The notes under the pieces are model-generated. The model was given only the letters and a program-made list of their open reading frames with translations, made no database searches and was not told where the DNA came from. Made by a program: the position numbers and the translations under genes. DNA of 62,869 bases, counting the filler, from Aduncisulcus paluster (lineage: Eukaryota): assembly GCA_024181965.1 (NCBI GenBank). It is 6 parts of 6 records of this genome, joined end to end, with 100 filler letters (N's around TTAATTAATTAA, not from the genome) between each part and the next. Parts side by side here need not be neighbours in the genome. Positions count along the whole stretch, not along the records: positions 1 to 15,127 come from BQXS01010869.1; positions 15,228 to 23,111 come from BQXS01010871.1; positions 23,212 to 38,431 come from BQXS01010872.1; 3 more parts are not named here. One strand, written 5' to 3'. Positions 12,568 to 26,069 of this stretch are shown here, piece by piece. Position 1 is the stretch's first letter; each line of letters begins with the position of its first letter.

Positions 12568-15127
12568 ATGTATTCCATCTCTCAATTTGCTGATCAAATG
12601 GAGTTATTTGTGGAGAAAAGTATGATGAAATTTACTTCTAACTCGCAACACAAACTCATTCAATCCAAATATTCTCGCTTAATTAAACTTTGTCGTAGAT
12701 GTCAAACCAATATATGCGGTCAACTTTCTCTGCTTCGTTTTCTTGAGAAAAAATATGAGACTCAGCAAGCTATTGATGAATGCCCTTCTTTATATGTATC
12801 TCCTGCGTTGTCAAATTCATATGCTTTTCTATATAATACCACTTTGAGTGATTGTCGAAGTTCTCTTCCCAAAACTCCTGATTTTGAGGATATTCCAACC
12901 AAAATAGATTCAAAGCTTCTGACTCCACAGTTTCATTCTTCTAGATTACCTATCATTTCGCCGAATCAGATGATTCATTATGGTGATTCTATCTCCCCTC
13001 CAGGCTCAGCTCCTTCTCCTATTCTGACTCAGTATCCTTCGTTATCAATTTTGAAAGAAATTCAACTTCAAACAAAAGCGTTGGTTGATTTAAATAATGA
13101 AAAATTGAAATTATCATATAAGATGCACCAGCTAAACGAAATTATTCGTAATTATGAAACGGCCAGGAGATCTTTCACAAACTTTCTTTCGAAATTGCTT
13201 ACTGTTCGATGTATTTTATCTTGTAAAAGTCTCACTCAATATCATCCAAATTTGTACACTCTTGATTTTTATATTGGTATCCCATTTGGGTTTTCTGATC
13301 CCTCGATTGTTGAAAGAATTACTTCTTTTCAAAAATCAATGAGTGATTCTATCAAAATCACAATGATGAATGAACGCAACCACTTTCAGGCGAAATACAA
13401 TCTTATCGTGAAAAAATGTTTTGGGGATGAATCTTCTTTTCAAAGGATATCTGGAGGCCCAAAAGACGAAAATTCTTCACGTTGTATGGATTTCATTGCT
13501 CATTCACCTTCTTTTGAACAGTGGATTATCTTAATGCGAAGGAAACTTCAATATTATTTCTTGGGGAAAAAGAAGTGTCACCATTCTTCTTCCAGTCGAG
13601 TTTCTAGTCCTCATCGAACCAAGAAATCACAATACATGCCAATCTTGTTATTAGTTATCCCTGAAGAAGAGATGGAAGCCATGTTATCAATGACATCTAT
13701 ATTTCCCCCGTCTAGTTACTCAGTCTTTGCCTCTTCCCTCAAACCAAAATTAGTTCACACTGTTTTGTCATTATTACTCTCTCTAATTTTAGATATTATT
13801 GAAATGAAAATTCATGTCTATATTTTATCATGTCCCATCAAGAGAAATATTTCTGAGATTTGTGTTCCATTACATCAACCATTGATCACACAGAGCAAGA
13901 AAGGCACCAATGTTATTCCATTACAGCTTCTTCCTATTGTGGATTTTTCAACAGATCGTTTTCCAATCGATAAAAGTCAAAATAATTCAAGAATACGTAT
14001 TGATCAAGAATCATGTGACCCTGTTGTTTCTGGAACTGTGATTGATCTTCCAACTCTCCGAAGTGATTCCCATTTTGACAGGTTATGTTGTCAATTTTTA
14101 TCTTATTTGTCAGCTTTACACCATAAAAGAGTGCAAGCCATGAATATTTGTCATTCTTTGTTTGTTCTTGATTCATCAATACGACATTATCACGAAAAGA
14201 AAAGAAAACAACCTCACTCATCCTCTTGTCCTTCAGACTTTTCAAAGAAAAATTACTTAAAGCAAAAATGTTCAAAGAAATTGAAACGATTCATATCAAT
14301 AAGGAGAGATCGCCAAAAAAAAGATCGTGGTCAGCGTGTTAAAAAAAATTCTACTGTAAAAGAATCCATGACCCCGAAACAAAAGACTAAAAAAATGTCA
14401 AAACATGGTAAAACTCGTCAGATTGAATCGGGTGTTGATTCTGAAGCAAGTCCTTCAATTATTACATCTCTAACGCCTGATATTATCCTAAATTCTTCAA
14501 TATTATCTCCTTCTAAAGAATTTGAGCCCAATCATTCAAAATCGGGTCTTCGGATTTGCCATTCGTCAATACTTCATTCCCCGCAAGTGGATTTATCTGG
14601 AGTTTCAGACTCTTTATTGACTCATTTTTCAAAAGAAGGTGTTGATTACACAATATCTACCAAAGAATCTACATTATCTGATAGTCTTCATCTTTTTGAC
14701 AGGTCCTCTTGTATGACCATGAAAGAAAGTGTAAATCAAATGGTTTCATCCATTTCGAATAATATTCTTTCAATATTACCATCATCTATTTATTATTCAG
14801 ATGACTCTCTTCCCGTCGTATTGAAGGAAACCAACCAAATTGTTCAAATGAATTCATTTATATCTCTTTTCTCGAACCTTGTTCATTCTTCACAACTTTC
14901 TTTTGAAACTATTTCTGACATGTTACGGCCTTTTGCTTATCTATCTTGGATCAATATACGGATGTGCCGACGACGTTCGTATATGATCCTGACAAAAAGG
15001 CATTATAAATGTATAAAACAAAAGCTTCCATCCTTATCTGAGCTCAAATATCTGGAACCAGATGATGTTTTTGTATTCTCTCCAGAGCAACGAAGTGGCA
15101 ATGACCGTTGGCTTTCGTCTCCATTTA
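12568..15127 (+). CDS. Hypothetical protein, truncated by contig end
   Basis: >850-codon ORF from ATG 12568; no family recognised. Confidence 0.7.
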
Positions 15128-15227
15128 NNNNNNNNNNNNNNNNNNNNNNNNNNNNNNNNNNNNNNNNNNNNTTAATTAATTAANNNNNNNNNNNNNNNNN
15201 NNNNNNNNNNNNNNNNNNNNNNNNNNN
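15128..15227. other. Artificial contig linker
   Basis: N-run + TTAATTAATTAA (stops in all six frames) + N-run, 100 nt. Confidence 0.98.
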
Positions 15228-15662
15228 CTCCTCTTCCTCTTCTTTGTCTTTGGGATCAAAGGGGTCACCAGAAGTTTCTTCTTCCTTTGATCCATGTCTG
15301 GCATTGTGGTCACAATCTTCACTCGCCTCATCTTGGTGGATTGCCCGATGAGGCGGTTCCTTGGCTGCCGGTTCTTGGTCTGTGCCTTCGACCTGTCTCT
15401 TTCCTGACCTGGGTAGCGGTAGAGACCGTTTTGTAGCCTTTTGACCACCTTCTTCTATGAGTGATTGTTTCTTTGAAGGGGTCGTCGGGTCTATCTCTTG
15501 GTCTGAGGTTTGGACCAAATCCGGGGATACGGAGATTGTCCGGCGTTTTGAAACAGGTATTACACCACAGGAAAATGATGGAATATTCCTAGGAACGGAG
15601 GGGGGGATCGGGATCATCGCGGTCATTCCTTCAGCAGGTTTATCCTCTGAGATTTCCTGCAA
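15228..15662 (-). CDS. Hypothetical low-complexity protein fragment (start uncertain, 3' truncated)
   Basis: Open frame running into the linker; it extends upstream to ~15760 without a clear ATG. Confidence 0.45.
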
Positions 15663-16024
15663 GGGAGGTTTGGGTTTTCGCCTTTTCCTTGCTTTTTTGA
15701 GGAATTTGGAGTTTTCTTTATGTTTCGAACATAGGAATATAAATTCCCAAACAAGACATTGCTAGCACAGATTAAGTTAATCTAATCGCAATATATGATT
15801 GCATAATTGCAATGTTACTCATCTTTACAACCGAAATAGAGCCAAAGTAAAAGTATAAAATACGAAATGAGATTATCCAAATGTTTTTAATTGAAGAGAT
15901 ATCAATTATTTTCGCTATTTTGGCTGAATTTGTGCACTTTTGTAATCATTCGACCTGAGCCAACAATTTTACCATAGATCATCTCGCAGCCCAAAATGAA
16001 ACCTTGGTTTTGTCGAAATATCAA

Positions 16025-17284
16025 ATGTCAAAAATCGAATTTACTGGTAGCGAAGTACTAACAGCCCATCTTCCCGCTGTGGAAGTTAAAAAAGATGTCT
16101 ATTGGGTGGGCTCTGTTCATGAAGACATCAGATCTTTCCATGGTTATGAAACACGCGATGGAACTTCATATAATGCTTATTTCATTAAAGATGAATTCCC
16201 AACTGTTATTGATTCAGTTAAACGTGAATTCGCAGGAGAGTTTATTGAAAGGATCAAATCCGTGTGTCCTCTTTCCGAAATCAAATATGTTATCTCAAAT
16301 CACGCGGAATATGATCACGCAAGTGCTATTCCAATTTTAATGAAGAATTTAGACCCTGAAGTACCAATTGTCACCAACAAGAAAGGTCAAGATGCTCTTG
16401 TTAGGAACTATCCTTCTCTCGCCGATTGTAAATTCCTTATTCTTAAACCAAAGGAAACTCTCACAATCGGAAAACGTACCTTATCTTTCTTGGCTACTCC
16501 ATTGGTGCACTGGCCTGAATCCCAATTTACTTACAGTGAATACGATGAGATTTTGTTTTCAATGGATGTCTTTGGGCAGCACATTGCTTCAGGAAAGCGT
16601 TTTGATGATGAATATGGCTGGGAAAGGGTTAAAGAAAGTGCCATTGAATACTATGCCAATATTGTTGCTTGCTATCGTCTCCAAACGGCTCGTGCTTTAA
16701 AATTGACTGCCAAACTTGGCAAAATCGATATGATTTGTTGTGCTCATGGTCTGATTATTCGTTCTCACGTTGACGAGATGATTAAGCTCTATCAGAGTTT
16801 TACTGATGGTTCTATCTATCGCCCCAAAGTGACTGTGGTTTACGATACTTTCTATCACTCCACTGAGGCCATGGCTCGTGCCATTCAAGAGGGTGCTCAA
16901 AGTATTGGAGCTGAAGTTATGAGGATTAAAGCTTCTGTCGGGGGTACCACTCAAGTAGCTCGCCATTGCTTTGATTCTAAGGCTACTGCTTGGGGATCTC
17001 CAACTTTGAACAGCGGAATGCACACTGAGGTGGCTGGTGTTCTCCATTATGCCAAGGGACTGAAGATTCTTGAGAAGAAACCTTCTGTCTCTTTCGGATC
17101 TTACGGATGGACTCCCGGAGGCACCAAAGTCATGGTTCAAGAACTTGAAAGCTGCAAATCTGACGTCATTGAGACCATTGATTGCAACTGGAGACCCACT
17201 GAAGAGATTCTTAAACGATGCTTCGATGCTGGGATTAAACTTGGAAAATTGGCTCTTGGACAAGAATTAAAAGACGAAGAATAA
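16025..17284 (+). CDS. fprA: Flavodiiron protein (A-type flavoprotein; O2/NO reductase)
   Basis: Metallo-beta-lactamase diiron motifs GTSYNAY, NHAEYDH, VHWPES, SMDVFGQH and AHG; flavodoxin domain YDTFYHSTEAMA, GSPTLN and FGSYGW. ATG at 16025. Confidence 0.95.
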   Translation: MSKIEFTGSEVLTAHLPAVEVKKDVYWVGSVHEDIRSFHGYETRDGTSYNAYFIKDEFPTVIDSVKREFAGEFIERIKSVCPLSEIKYVISNHAEYDHASAIPILMKNLDPEVPIVTNKKGQDALVRNYPSLADCKFLILKPKETLTIGKRTLSFLATPLVHWPESQFTYSEYDEILFSMDVFGQHIASGKRFDDEYGWERVKESAIEYYANIVACYRLQTARALKLTAKLGKIDMICCAHGLIIRSHVDEMIKLYQSFTDGSIYRPKVTVVYDTFYHSTEAMARAIQEGAQSIGAEVMRIKASVGGTTQVARHCFDSKATAWGSPTLNSGMHTEVAGVLHYAKGLKILEKKPSVSFGSYGWTPGGTKVMVQELESCKSDVIETIDCNWRPTEEILKRCFDAGIKLGKLALGQELKDEE

Positions 17285-17429
17285 GTAAACAATTTATTAA
17301 TATAATCGTTTGTTTCATCATATCCCATTTCTTGTCAATGAAACAGAATTCACAGAAAATAAATGATCATACATCACTGGCAGTGACATTAGATCTACTA
17401 GATCTAATAGTATTAATATATCAACAAAA

Positions 17430-17771
17430 CTATAATCCTGTTTGTGGCAAAGTAAAGTCAATAGGATCCTCACTGACCAGTTCTTCAATATAACTTATGG
17501 TTGATCCTCTCACAAAAACTGTTGAAAACACTTCATTTTGATTAGTTTCTGCATCATAAAATTCCGCTTTATCTAAAACAATATTCATCTTTCCATCGAC
17601 ACAAATAAAATTACCAATATATAAAGAATTATCTTGAAGTCTTACTTTAACCTGTTTACCAACCAATGAAGTAATAAAAGCTGAAATTGGTGCAATCCTT
17701 TCTTCTTCTTCTTTTGTCAATATATCATCGTCCTTATCTTCTTCTAAAGCAGAAAATGTTTTGAGACTCAT
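17430..17771 (-). CDS. LSM6: Sm/LSm protein, LSm6/SmF-like
   Basis: Sm1 motif (FITSLVGKQVKVRL...YIGNFICVDGKMNIVL) and Sm2 motif (VFVRGSTISYI). The paralogue assignment is tentative. Confidence 0.75.
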   Translation of the reverse strand: MSLKTFSALEEDKDDDILTKEEEERIAPISAFITSLVGKQVKVRLQDNSLYIGNFICVDGKMNIVLDKAEFYDAETNQNEVFSTVFVRGSTISYIEELVSEDPIDFTLPQTGL

Positions 17772-18230
17772 CTTATATACTCTTAATTATCGTTAGGTGG
17801 TTCAGAACAACCATTCTGTGGTGACTCATTATCTTTATTAATAATTGATATTTTTGCCTAATTTTCTGTATTTATTTTACGTCAAAATGCATATTTCAAA
17901 TTATTTTAGCCATGAAACCAACAGGAAAAGCCTCCATTAAACATAAATTTGTAAAATCATTGTTTTTAGTAAGATTGGCAAAATATGCACAATTTATGTT
18001 AAATTCACCTTTTAAAAAGTCTTCCGGAAATAATATTTTGAGGAAATCTGAAAATAGTCGCTTATGTTGCCTGCGCATTCATAATTCGTTGAATTTAGCG
18101 CAAAAAATAAAATTCAAAATTAATTCACAGGTTATACTTAAAATATAATTTGTTTATTGACTAAGCTCCGATGAATAAAGTGTTTTTGGTGAGATACAAA
18201 ATCGAAGCCGGATTGTGCAACAAAAGTGGT

Positions 18231-20833
18231 ATGGCTCGAGGAGAGGACAAGAAAAAGGATACAAATAATGTATGTTTTTGTTATTTGTGCTATTGCTTTT
18301 TACATATTAGTTGATTTTTTGACATTTTTTATTGTTTCCCCATCTATCTTTATTATTATACATTTTTCCAATATATTCAACTGCCTCCATTGTATAGATC
18401 ACTGTGGTTGTAAGAGTGAGACCCCCAATTAGACACGAAATTGATAAAGGTGATTACCAAAGTGTCGTAAGGATAGGTGACGATAATAGAACAATTACCA
18501 TATGTGAAAATCCAAAAGCCCTTGCAAGTGGTGATCCTGCTGAATTATCTCTGTTTTTAACACATAATTATACGTTTGATTACGTTTATGGACCAAAATC
18601 TACACAAAGTGATGTATATAGCAATACTGCCCGACAAGCTGTCCAAAGTACACTCGAGGGATATAATGCAACCGTTTTGGCGTATGGTCAAACATCCAGT
18701 GGAAAAACTTTTACCATGGAAGGATATCAGGGTGAAAAAAGAGGTATAATACCGAGGTCTGTTGAAGAAGTATTCCAATTTATCGAGTCTTCTTCAGAAA
18801 AGCGTAGGAAATTCCTTGTTCGTGCATCCTACCTTCAGATTTATAAAGAAATCGTTTCGGATCTCTTGAAACCTGAAAGAACCTCATTGCATATCCGTTA
18901 TGACAAAACAAAAGGTACATTCGTTGAAGGTTTGAGTGAATGGGTTGTGAGATCCCCTCAGGAGGTTTATTCTCTCATTGAAAAGGGTGTTTCCACCCGT
19001 GCAACTGGAAGTACTTGGAAAAATCCTGATTCAAGTCGGTCACATGCTGTATTCATGCTTATTTGCGAGCAAAGTGAGATAATTTCACAGGAAGCCGATG
19101 ATGGGACCATCAAGGAGACCGAAGTCTTCAAGATCGGTAAGCTCAACCTCGTGGATCTTGCTGGAAGTGAAAGAGTGAAAGAAACTGGAGTTAGTGGCGA
19201 AAGATCCCAAGAAACAAAGTACATCAATCTGTCCTTGTTCACTTTATGTTTCGTTATTACGCAGTTGGTTGAAGGTAATGGTAACCACGTTAGCTACCGT
19301 GACTCAAAGCTTACCCGTCTTCTTGAAGACTCTCTTGGTGGTAATTGTAAGACATATTTCATGGCTATGGTTTCTCCTGCTATGATTAACTACCAGGAAA
19401 CTCTTGGAACTCTTAAATATGCCAATAATGCCAAGAAAATCAAGAACCATGCCAAGATCAACGAAGATCTCGACAAAGAGGCTCTTTTGAGGAAATACGA
19501 GAGGGAACTGAAGCAACTCCGTAAACAACTTGCGACTAAATCCCAACATGTCGTCGATAAACGGAGATTGTTGGAGATGGAAGAACAACGTAAGAGGGCT
19601 GAACAAGACCGTTTGGCTGCAATTAAAGCCCTTGAGCAACGTTCCCGTGAGTTTCTCCGTGAAAAACAAGAGAAGAGAAAGCTTGAGGAGCGTATTGCGA
19701 TGATGCAATCTCAAATGCTTCTTGGTGGTCGTACAATTATGGACACGAGTGAGTTCAAGTCAGCTGTGGCACAAGAGCATGCGAGAATCCAACAAAAGTT
19801 CCAACAGAGGATGTATGAGCTCGAGAAAGAGCGTCATTCCCTCCAGGAAGATATGGCCCAGGTCGACAAGTACAAAGAGCTCCTTGTAAAACAACGTGAC
19901 ATTATGACTGCCCTCACTAACAAGCTTGCTGAGCGTGATGAGAGCATTGCAGCCCTTGAAGAGGAGCTTTTGGCCTATGACAAGCATCAGGAACTCTTGG
20001 ATACTGCTGATGAGAAGATCTGTGAACTTGAAGATGCTCTGAAAGTGAAAGAGGAAGAGAATGATGATGTGTATGATCGACTTGATAGGACTGAGAAAGA
20101 GAAAAATGAGCTTGAGGAGTTGTTACGAGACAAACTCCCTCTGATGGTAAATAAGGAGATTGAGAAGCGTATTAAGCTCCTAAAAGAGAGGGTTGAGGAT
20201 GAAGATGCTGAACGAATGCTCGTATTGCTTGACAGAAAGCTTGATAGCTTTGCTGATGAAGAAGAGAAAGATGACCAGGGACTTGACGAGGAAGAAGAAG
20301 AGCCCCGTCTCTCTTCAGATGGTAAAGACTTGGCATCTTTGGACAGCGATGATGCTGATGAGAAGGAGAAGGGAGCTCTGCACTCTTCTGACCTATTTGA
20401 CAAAGACAGGCCCACTCCTACTCTTCAGGATAAGATTAAGCAACAAATGAATGATATGGTTGCCTCCGAGGAGTATGATAAGCTCAAAGAAGAGTTCACA
20501 AAGTATAAGGAAGAGAAAGAACGTGAAATTGAACATTTGAAATTATTGCGGAGCGAAAGTGACATTCACAAAACATATGACAAAAGAATGGGTGAATTTA
20601 TGGGGACCAAGAGAAGGGTTGACGATCTCGAAAAGAAGGTACGCAATTCCACGAAAGAGAAGGAAGCTCTCTTGACTATTTTTGAGAAAAAGATAAAAGT
20701 CATGGTCGACAACCTTGTGGATTTGTTGTCTTCTCCTTCTGACTCCCAAGTGGCTCTTTATCAATCTCATTCGTTACAGAGGCTTGTGAGCGTATCAATA
20801 ACCGCTTTAAAGAATAGCACAAATGGTCCTTAA
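18231..20833 (+). CDS. Kinesin with N-terminal motor and coiled-coil tail (2 exons: 18231-18269, 18398-20833)
   Basis: VVVRVRP, GQTSSGKT, SSRSH, LVDLAGSE and RDSKLTRLL motifs. Exon 1 (MARGEDKKKDTNN) splices to ITVVVRVRPP; there is an alternative in-frame ATG at 18171. The neck/stalk recalls a cilium-associated protist family (possibly kinesin-17; unverified). Confidence 0.95.
18270..18397 (+). other. Spliceosomal intron (128 nt, phase 0)
   Basis: GTATGT donor and TCCATTGTATAG acceptor; splicing supplies the missing ATG. Confidence 0.85.
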
Positions 20834-21598
20834 AAATGTAATTTCTTATTTATTCAATTATTCTAAACTTTTTCTAAATTTTTTTTTTCTTTTTTTTTTT
20901 CTTTTTTTCCTTCATACATTCTCTTGTCGCTTTCTTCGTCTACGCTTTATATTATAGCCTATCTTGACGATATCAATACATATTTTACATCTCTTTCATC
21001 TAGTCTGATATATTTCCGTGAATAAATTTGATTGGGGGAAATGATCAATTACCTTTCAAAGGTTCTGAAAGTTTCTGAAAAGGCTTTTCTTCGAGTATAG
21101 GATGTTCGATGTGCTCAAATGTAGTATTTTTATTCTGTTATTGCAATTAAAGTAGTATTTATTTGGTATATTTTACGATTATTCTTTTTCTCCCGGTCTA
21201 TAGATCTAATTTTGATTCTCAGCCTCTTTTGGTTTAACTAAAGATGATAAATTGTAATTAAATTGTATTATTGCTTACCTTAATCGATTATTTTGTGTGA
21301 ATGATATCTATTTATTATTACTTCCAGAGATATATCGAATTCTTCGTTTTGGTAATTATTTGTGAGAAATACCTTGATCTATCATTCATTACTCTTTATT
21401 TGTAAGGATATTATACGATACTGTGTGTGAATTCCAATTTTGATCTTGTTAATACCTCACGTGAATCTTTGTGTTTGTGTCTTTCCCAAAGATCTATATT
21501 CAATATTTATTTTGCACTTTTCAGTAGTATTCCTTTTACAGCTCCCCGAGAACTCTTGAGATCGTGATTGTCTTGGTTTTCAATCAATAGAATAATAA

Positions 21599-23111
21599 TT
21601 ATCTTCCAATTGAGCTGAGTAACTTGTGGAGATAACTCTTGAATCCTTCAATGAAATCTGGAGTATATTCGCATTCCAATAACACATTCAATGCTTTGTT
21701 AATGAATGCTTGCCCAATACGAAGGAGATTGACATTAAACTCACCGGTTCGAACCTTCCCAATATGTTTGGAAAGTATTTTCTTGAGAGATTTTGCAGAC
21801 TTTTGAGATATTTGAATTAATTCGTCGACATTGATATGCCGCTTCTTTATCTCAGAAAGTTCCTCTTCCTCTCCTTCTTCTTCATTAAATGAACTCGATT
21901 CCTCACTCCGGGGTGCCAGAGAAAGGGATGATTTTCTACCTGGAATCGTTACAGAAGAATCCTTCGATGATTGCTGTACCCAAGACAAATTATCAGTGAC
22001 TTCAAGTCTATATTGACTCTTATCGCCTTTCCCTTTTTCGAGAGCTTTTTGCTGAATCCATTCTTTTCTCCTCAACTCTTCCTTCACAAATAAACGCTCG
22101 CATTCCTTGATATGACTTGTTTTAATGTCTAAATTCCTCATATGAACATCATCAACGAACTGACACATTGTTTTGTGCAGTGATACCCTTGTACCCATTG
22201 AATCAATCCCCCAATACCCAGCTTTGATCTGCAGGGCACATAATGCAAGATCTCTTTCAAGTTCGTGGGGATGGATGTAGAAACATGTCTCTATTCGATA
22301 GAAAATAGAGGATAAGGGCATGGGAGGGCCGTGATTCTCAAGGGGCTTGCCAGATTGTGATAAGAGCCACTTTGGAGGAGTGTGCAAGTCGAACACATCA
22401 AGGTCAATTTCACTGGAATCGAAAGGAGTTGGGAATAGGATCTTAAACTTCTCATTGTTCCTCAACTTATCCTCTTTGTACCATTCATATCTCTCGAAGG
22501 AACACCACTTATGTCTCTTGTCCCATTTCTGTTCAAACTCATTATATATGGCCTTTTCATCAATAGATCCATCAGGACGAGTGGGTTTTATCTTCAACTT
22601 AATGGATTCGGCCAGTTCTTTCCTCTCTAATCGTTCAACATGACGTGCACTTAAACTCCATTTGGGAGCATACATAACTAATTGGACCATTCTGTGGTAC
22701 ATTTTATCCCTTAATGATCGCAGTACACTATCTCTGAGTCCGATCCTTGTCTTTAACATGGTTCTTCTATCACCCTCTTCCCGCCATGAAGCCAATGAAG
22801 GATATCCATTTGATTGGAATAATGGATCATTGTCACGTTGGCCTCCAAGCACTTCTTCCTTCTCTCCTTCTTCCTCTTCATCTTTACAACTTACAAGAGA
22901 GGTGGAAGAATATGTCTTTGTTGCAGCCAAAGAAGAGGGATTGTATAGTCCACAGGAACTCAAAATGCTCCGCATCCTTCTAAAACCATGAAGATGAGAG
23001 AAAGAAGCACCATATAGACTCGAGGAATGTGAGAGGGGAATGTCAATGAGAAGAGGACTCTCTCGAAGAAAAGGATGTGTTTCAAAATAATGGATATCAT
23101 CTTCGATGGCA
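21599..23111 (-). CDS. C-terminal part of an ATAD2/Yta7-like (bromodomain-like) protein, 5' truncated
   Basis: Frame open from the contig edge. EEGDRRTMLKTRIGLRD and PMPLSSIFYRIETCFY...ELERDL resemble the ATAD2 post-AAA helix and a degenerate bromodomain. Confidence 0.5.
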
Positions 23112-23211
23112 NNNNNNNNNNNNNNNNNNNNNNNNNNNNNNNNNNNNNNNNNNNNTTAATTAATTAANNNNNNNNNNNNNNNNNNNNNNNNNNNNNNNNN
23201 NNNNNNNNNNN
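23112..23211. other. Artificial contig linker
   Basis: N-run/TTAATTAATTAA/N-run. Confidence 0.98.
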
Positions 23212-25081
23212 CATCACAGCTTCTTTCATCATCATGTCTGGAGGAACCAGTGGTACTTAAGTCCAGTTGCCGTCCATCTTTCTGCCTTTTCCACTTTAAC
23301 ATTTTATACTCAAATCCTTCAAGACGCATCACATTTCCGTTGGAATTGTCCGTTTTGTTCTTATTTTTAGACGAGTGAGAAAGATCAACATCAAGTTGTT
23401 CAAGGTCTTCATAAATATCGCTAAAATCGGGGCCAGATGACTCATACAAAGCCCCATCTTGCTGACGAGCATCAGGGGACCAATCTAATTCATCCTTATC
23501 GACAGGTTCACGACCAGTTAGTTCGCCACCAGTATCTTCTTCTTTGATTACTTTCCCATGCTCTTCGTGTGTCAATCCAGATGCTTTCTTCTTCTTCTCT
23601 CGCCTCTTCTTCCGATCTCTACGTTCCAACCTCTCTTCCATATCAGTCTTGAGGAAAAATGTCCTAATATACTCGTGGGTGGGAGTGTCAGACTCCTTCC
23701 ACAGAGCAGTAGTAGGAGTCTCCTTATTCGACACGTCCAATCTTCTGTGATGATCGTATTCCTCTTCTTCACCCTCACGACCATCAAAATCACCTTCAAT
23801 TCGAGAGGAACCATCAGAAACATGGGGTGAGTCACGGAGCAGAGCTTCTTTGTCGGCTATTCTTCTCTGAAGCAATTTGATGGTCTGTTCATTCTTCTCT
23901 TTTGCTTTCTTCTCTTCTAGAGCTCTGAGACGAGCTTCTTCCTTTTGCTGCTTCAATCGATATGTAGTTTCTTTGTCTTTTCTACTCAACTCCTGAATGC
24001 GTTTCATGTCTCGATCTGCCCCAGGATACCCAAGGGAATGACGATTAGGGGAGGATACACGTCCAGAATAGTGAGGACGCAAGACAGTTGCCGACACTTC
24101 TGCACCGGGGGTGCCATGACTTGGACGGAGAGATTTGGGTGTGGTTCCTTGAGGCAGTTTAGTAGGATGTCTGGGAGAGGTGCTAATGCCACGAGATGAT
24201 GGAACCTTCTTCCTGCTTCTCTCTAAGTGTGCAGAACGCTGAGAGTTCTTAGCTTTCTCAGCCCTGGTGGAAGCTTTGGGAGTGAAGCCACCAACAATGC
24301 CACTCACGCGTTCTTCAGCTTCATCACCAACTAAGAAAGTTCTCGAAGGATCAACAACGGGGCCAGCGATACTCCTCATCAGTTCCTTTCGTTTTGTCTC
24401 GGTACGGGATTTGCTACTCTCGGTGAGCTGAACATGAGATATGGGTTTCTGTTTACGTTGCTCCTCATATTTTTTGAAGTAAGAAGTTTTCTGGGGAGCT
24501 ACTGATTTGGGCGTTGAAAAAGGATGATTTTTATAGTCATCTTCATAGGATGGCTCCCGGAGGTCTTTTGTTGTCAAGGGGGGAACAGGATGAACCATGG
24601 GGGATTCAAATTCATCATCAACCATTCCTCCATCAAACTCTCGGTGTCCAATTCCGATATCATGTGGAGAGCTATTTGGTTGATGCGCCGAAGAAATATT
24701 TATCTCATCTTGAAGTAGCTCTTCATTTATATCAGGATCTTCTTCTTCTGCAAGAATATCAGCATCTAAATCCATGGGATCTTCGTCAAAAGTCTCTTCT
24801 TTATGTTCTTTTGGAGGTATACATGCTGATTTTTGTGGAATATCGGAAGATTTGGTTGGCATGATTTCATCATCGACAACCCCTTCGTCAAATTGCCCAA
24901 TACTATGAACAAGTGAAGATGCCATGGAAGAATAATGCTCAGAATTCATTATTTTGGAAGCTTTCTCTTGAACTCGCGATTGAGTAGCTAATTCTTCTAA
25001 TGCATCATCCACCGGAATAATATCTAAAGGATCCGAAGCTTCACTAGTATCTAAGTTGTCACTATGCTCGGATTCCGACAT
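23212..25081 (-). CDS. Hypothetical acidic/coiled-coil protein, 3' truncated
   Basis: ATG at 25081; >620 open codons running into the linker. Confidence 0.75.
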
Positions 25082-25276
25082 ATTGTTTTGGATGTGAGAT
25101 CAAATAGGTCCAAGAACCCTCACAACAGAAAGATGATAAAATTTATTTAAATGACATTGGAAAAAGAAAACAATACATATGTATCGAGAAATTCTTCAAA
25201 AATATGTGTTCCAAAAAATCAATTTCAAGGATAAAACTGAAATCGACTGTTGGATAGCTTTTTGGAACCAAAAAAG

Positions 25277-25831
25277 ATGGGAAAAGGGATTACATACGAT
25301 TTTTATCAGACTAAAGATTCAGTTATTACAACAATATACCAGAAAGGACTTTCTTCTGAAGACTACAGTGTCGAATTTATTGAACCTAATTCCATCCATG
25401 TTAAGATTCATAAAGACGATATTGAATGGGAAAAAACAATATTATATGGTGGAAATGTCGATTCTATTGAAGTTACGCACAATGCTTACAAGATATTGGT
25501 TACTTTGAAAAAGGCAATCCCATCTCCTTGGAAAACCATTCAATTATTTGAAGAATCCGAACCGAAATCAAAGCCAACATCATATCCAAGTAGCGCTAAG
25601 AAAAAGATCGATTGGGATAAGTTTGAAAAAGAAGCCGCTGAAGAAGAGAAGAAAGCTTCAAAAGATTCTCAGGATCCCCAATCATTTTTTCAAATGATAT
25701 ATTCAAAAGCTGATCCTGACACCCAAAGGGCTATGAAGAAAAGCTTTGTTGAGAGCCATGGAACTGTCCTATCGACAAATTGGTCTGACGTTAAGAATCG
25801 TGTCGTTAAACCTGAACTTGGAGAAAAATAA
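25277..25831 (+). CDS. SGT1: SGT1 co-chaperone (CS + SGS domains, no TPR)
   Basis: CS domain start YDFYQT and end VTLKKA..PW; YPSSAKKKIDWDK; SGS motif FFQMIYSKADPDTQRAMKKSFVESHGTVLSTNW. Confidence 0.93.
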   Translation: MGKGITYDFYQTKDSVITTIYQKGLSSEDYSVEFIEPNSIHVKIHKDDIEWEKTILYGGNVDSIEVTHNAYKILVTLKKAIPSPWKTIQLFEESEPKSKPTSYPSSAKKKIDWDKFEKEAAEEEKKASKDSQDPQSFFQMIYSKADPDTQRAMKKSFVESHGTVLSTNWSDVKNRVVKPELGEK

Positions 25832-26069
25832 CATTCTGATTCGGGTTTAATACATTTTTGCAATCATTCTTTACATTATATTCTTGTTTCTGTTCTGGCT
25901 TCCGGCCATCTGTATCTCTTGAAGGATGCAGAATATAATAAAACGATTATGCTTTTTTTAATTTATGTATATTTGTAATTAGATATATGCTATTTTCTGT
26001 TATTCATTGAAGGCAACACACATTATTCAAGTTTTGGTCCCTAGACAAGAATCAAATCCAATTATTTCA

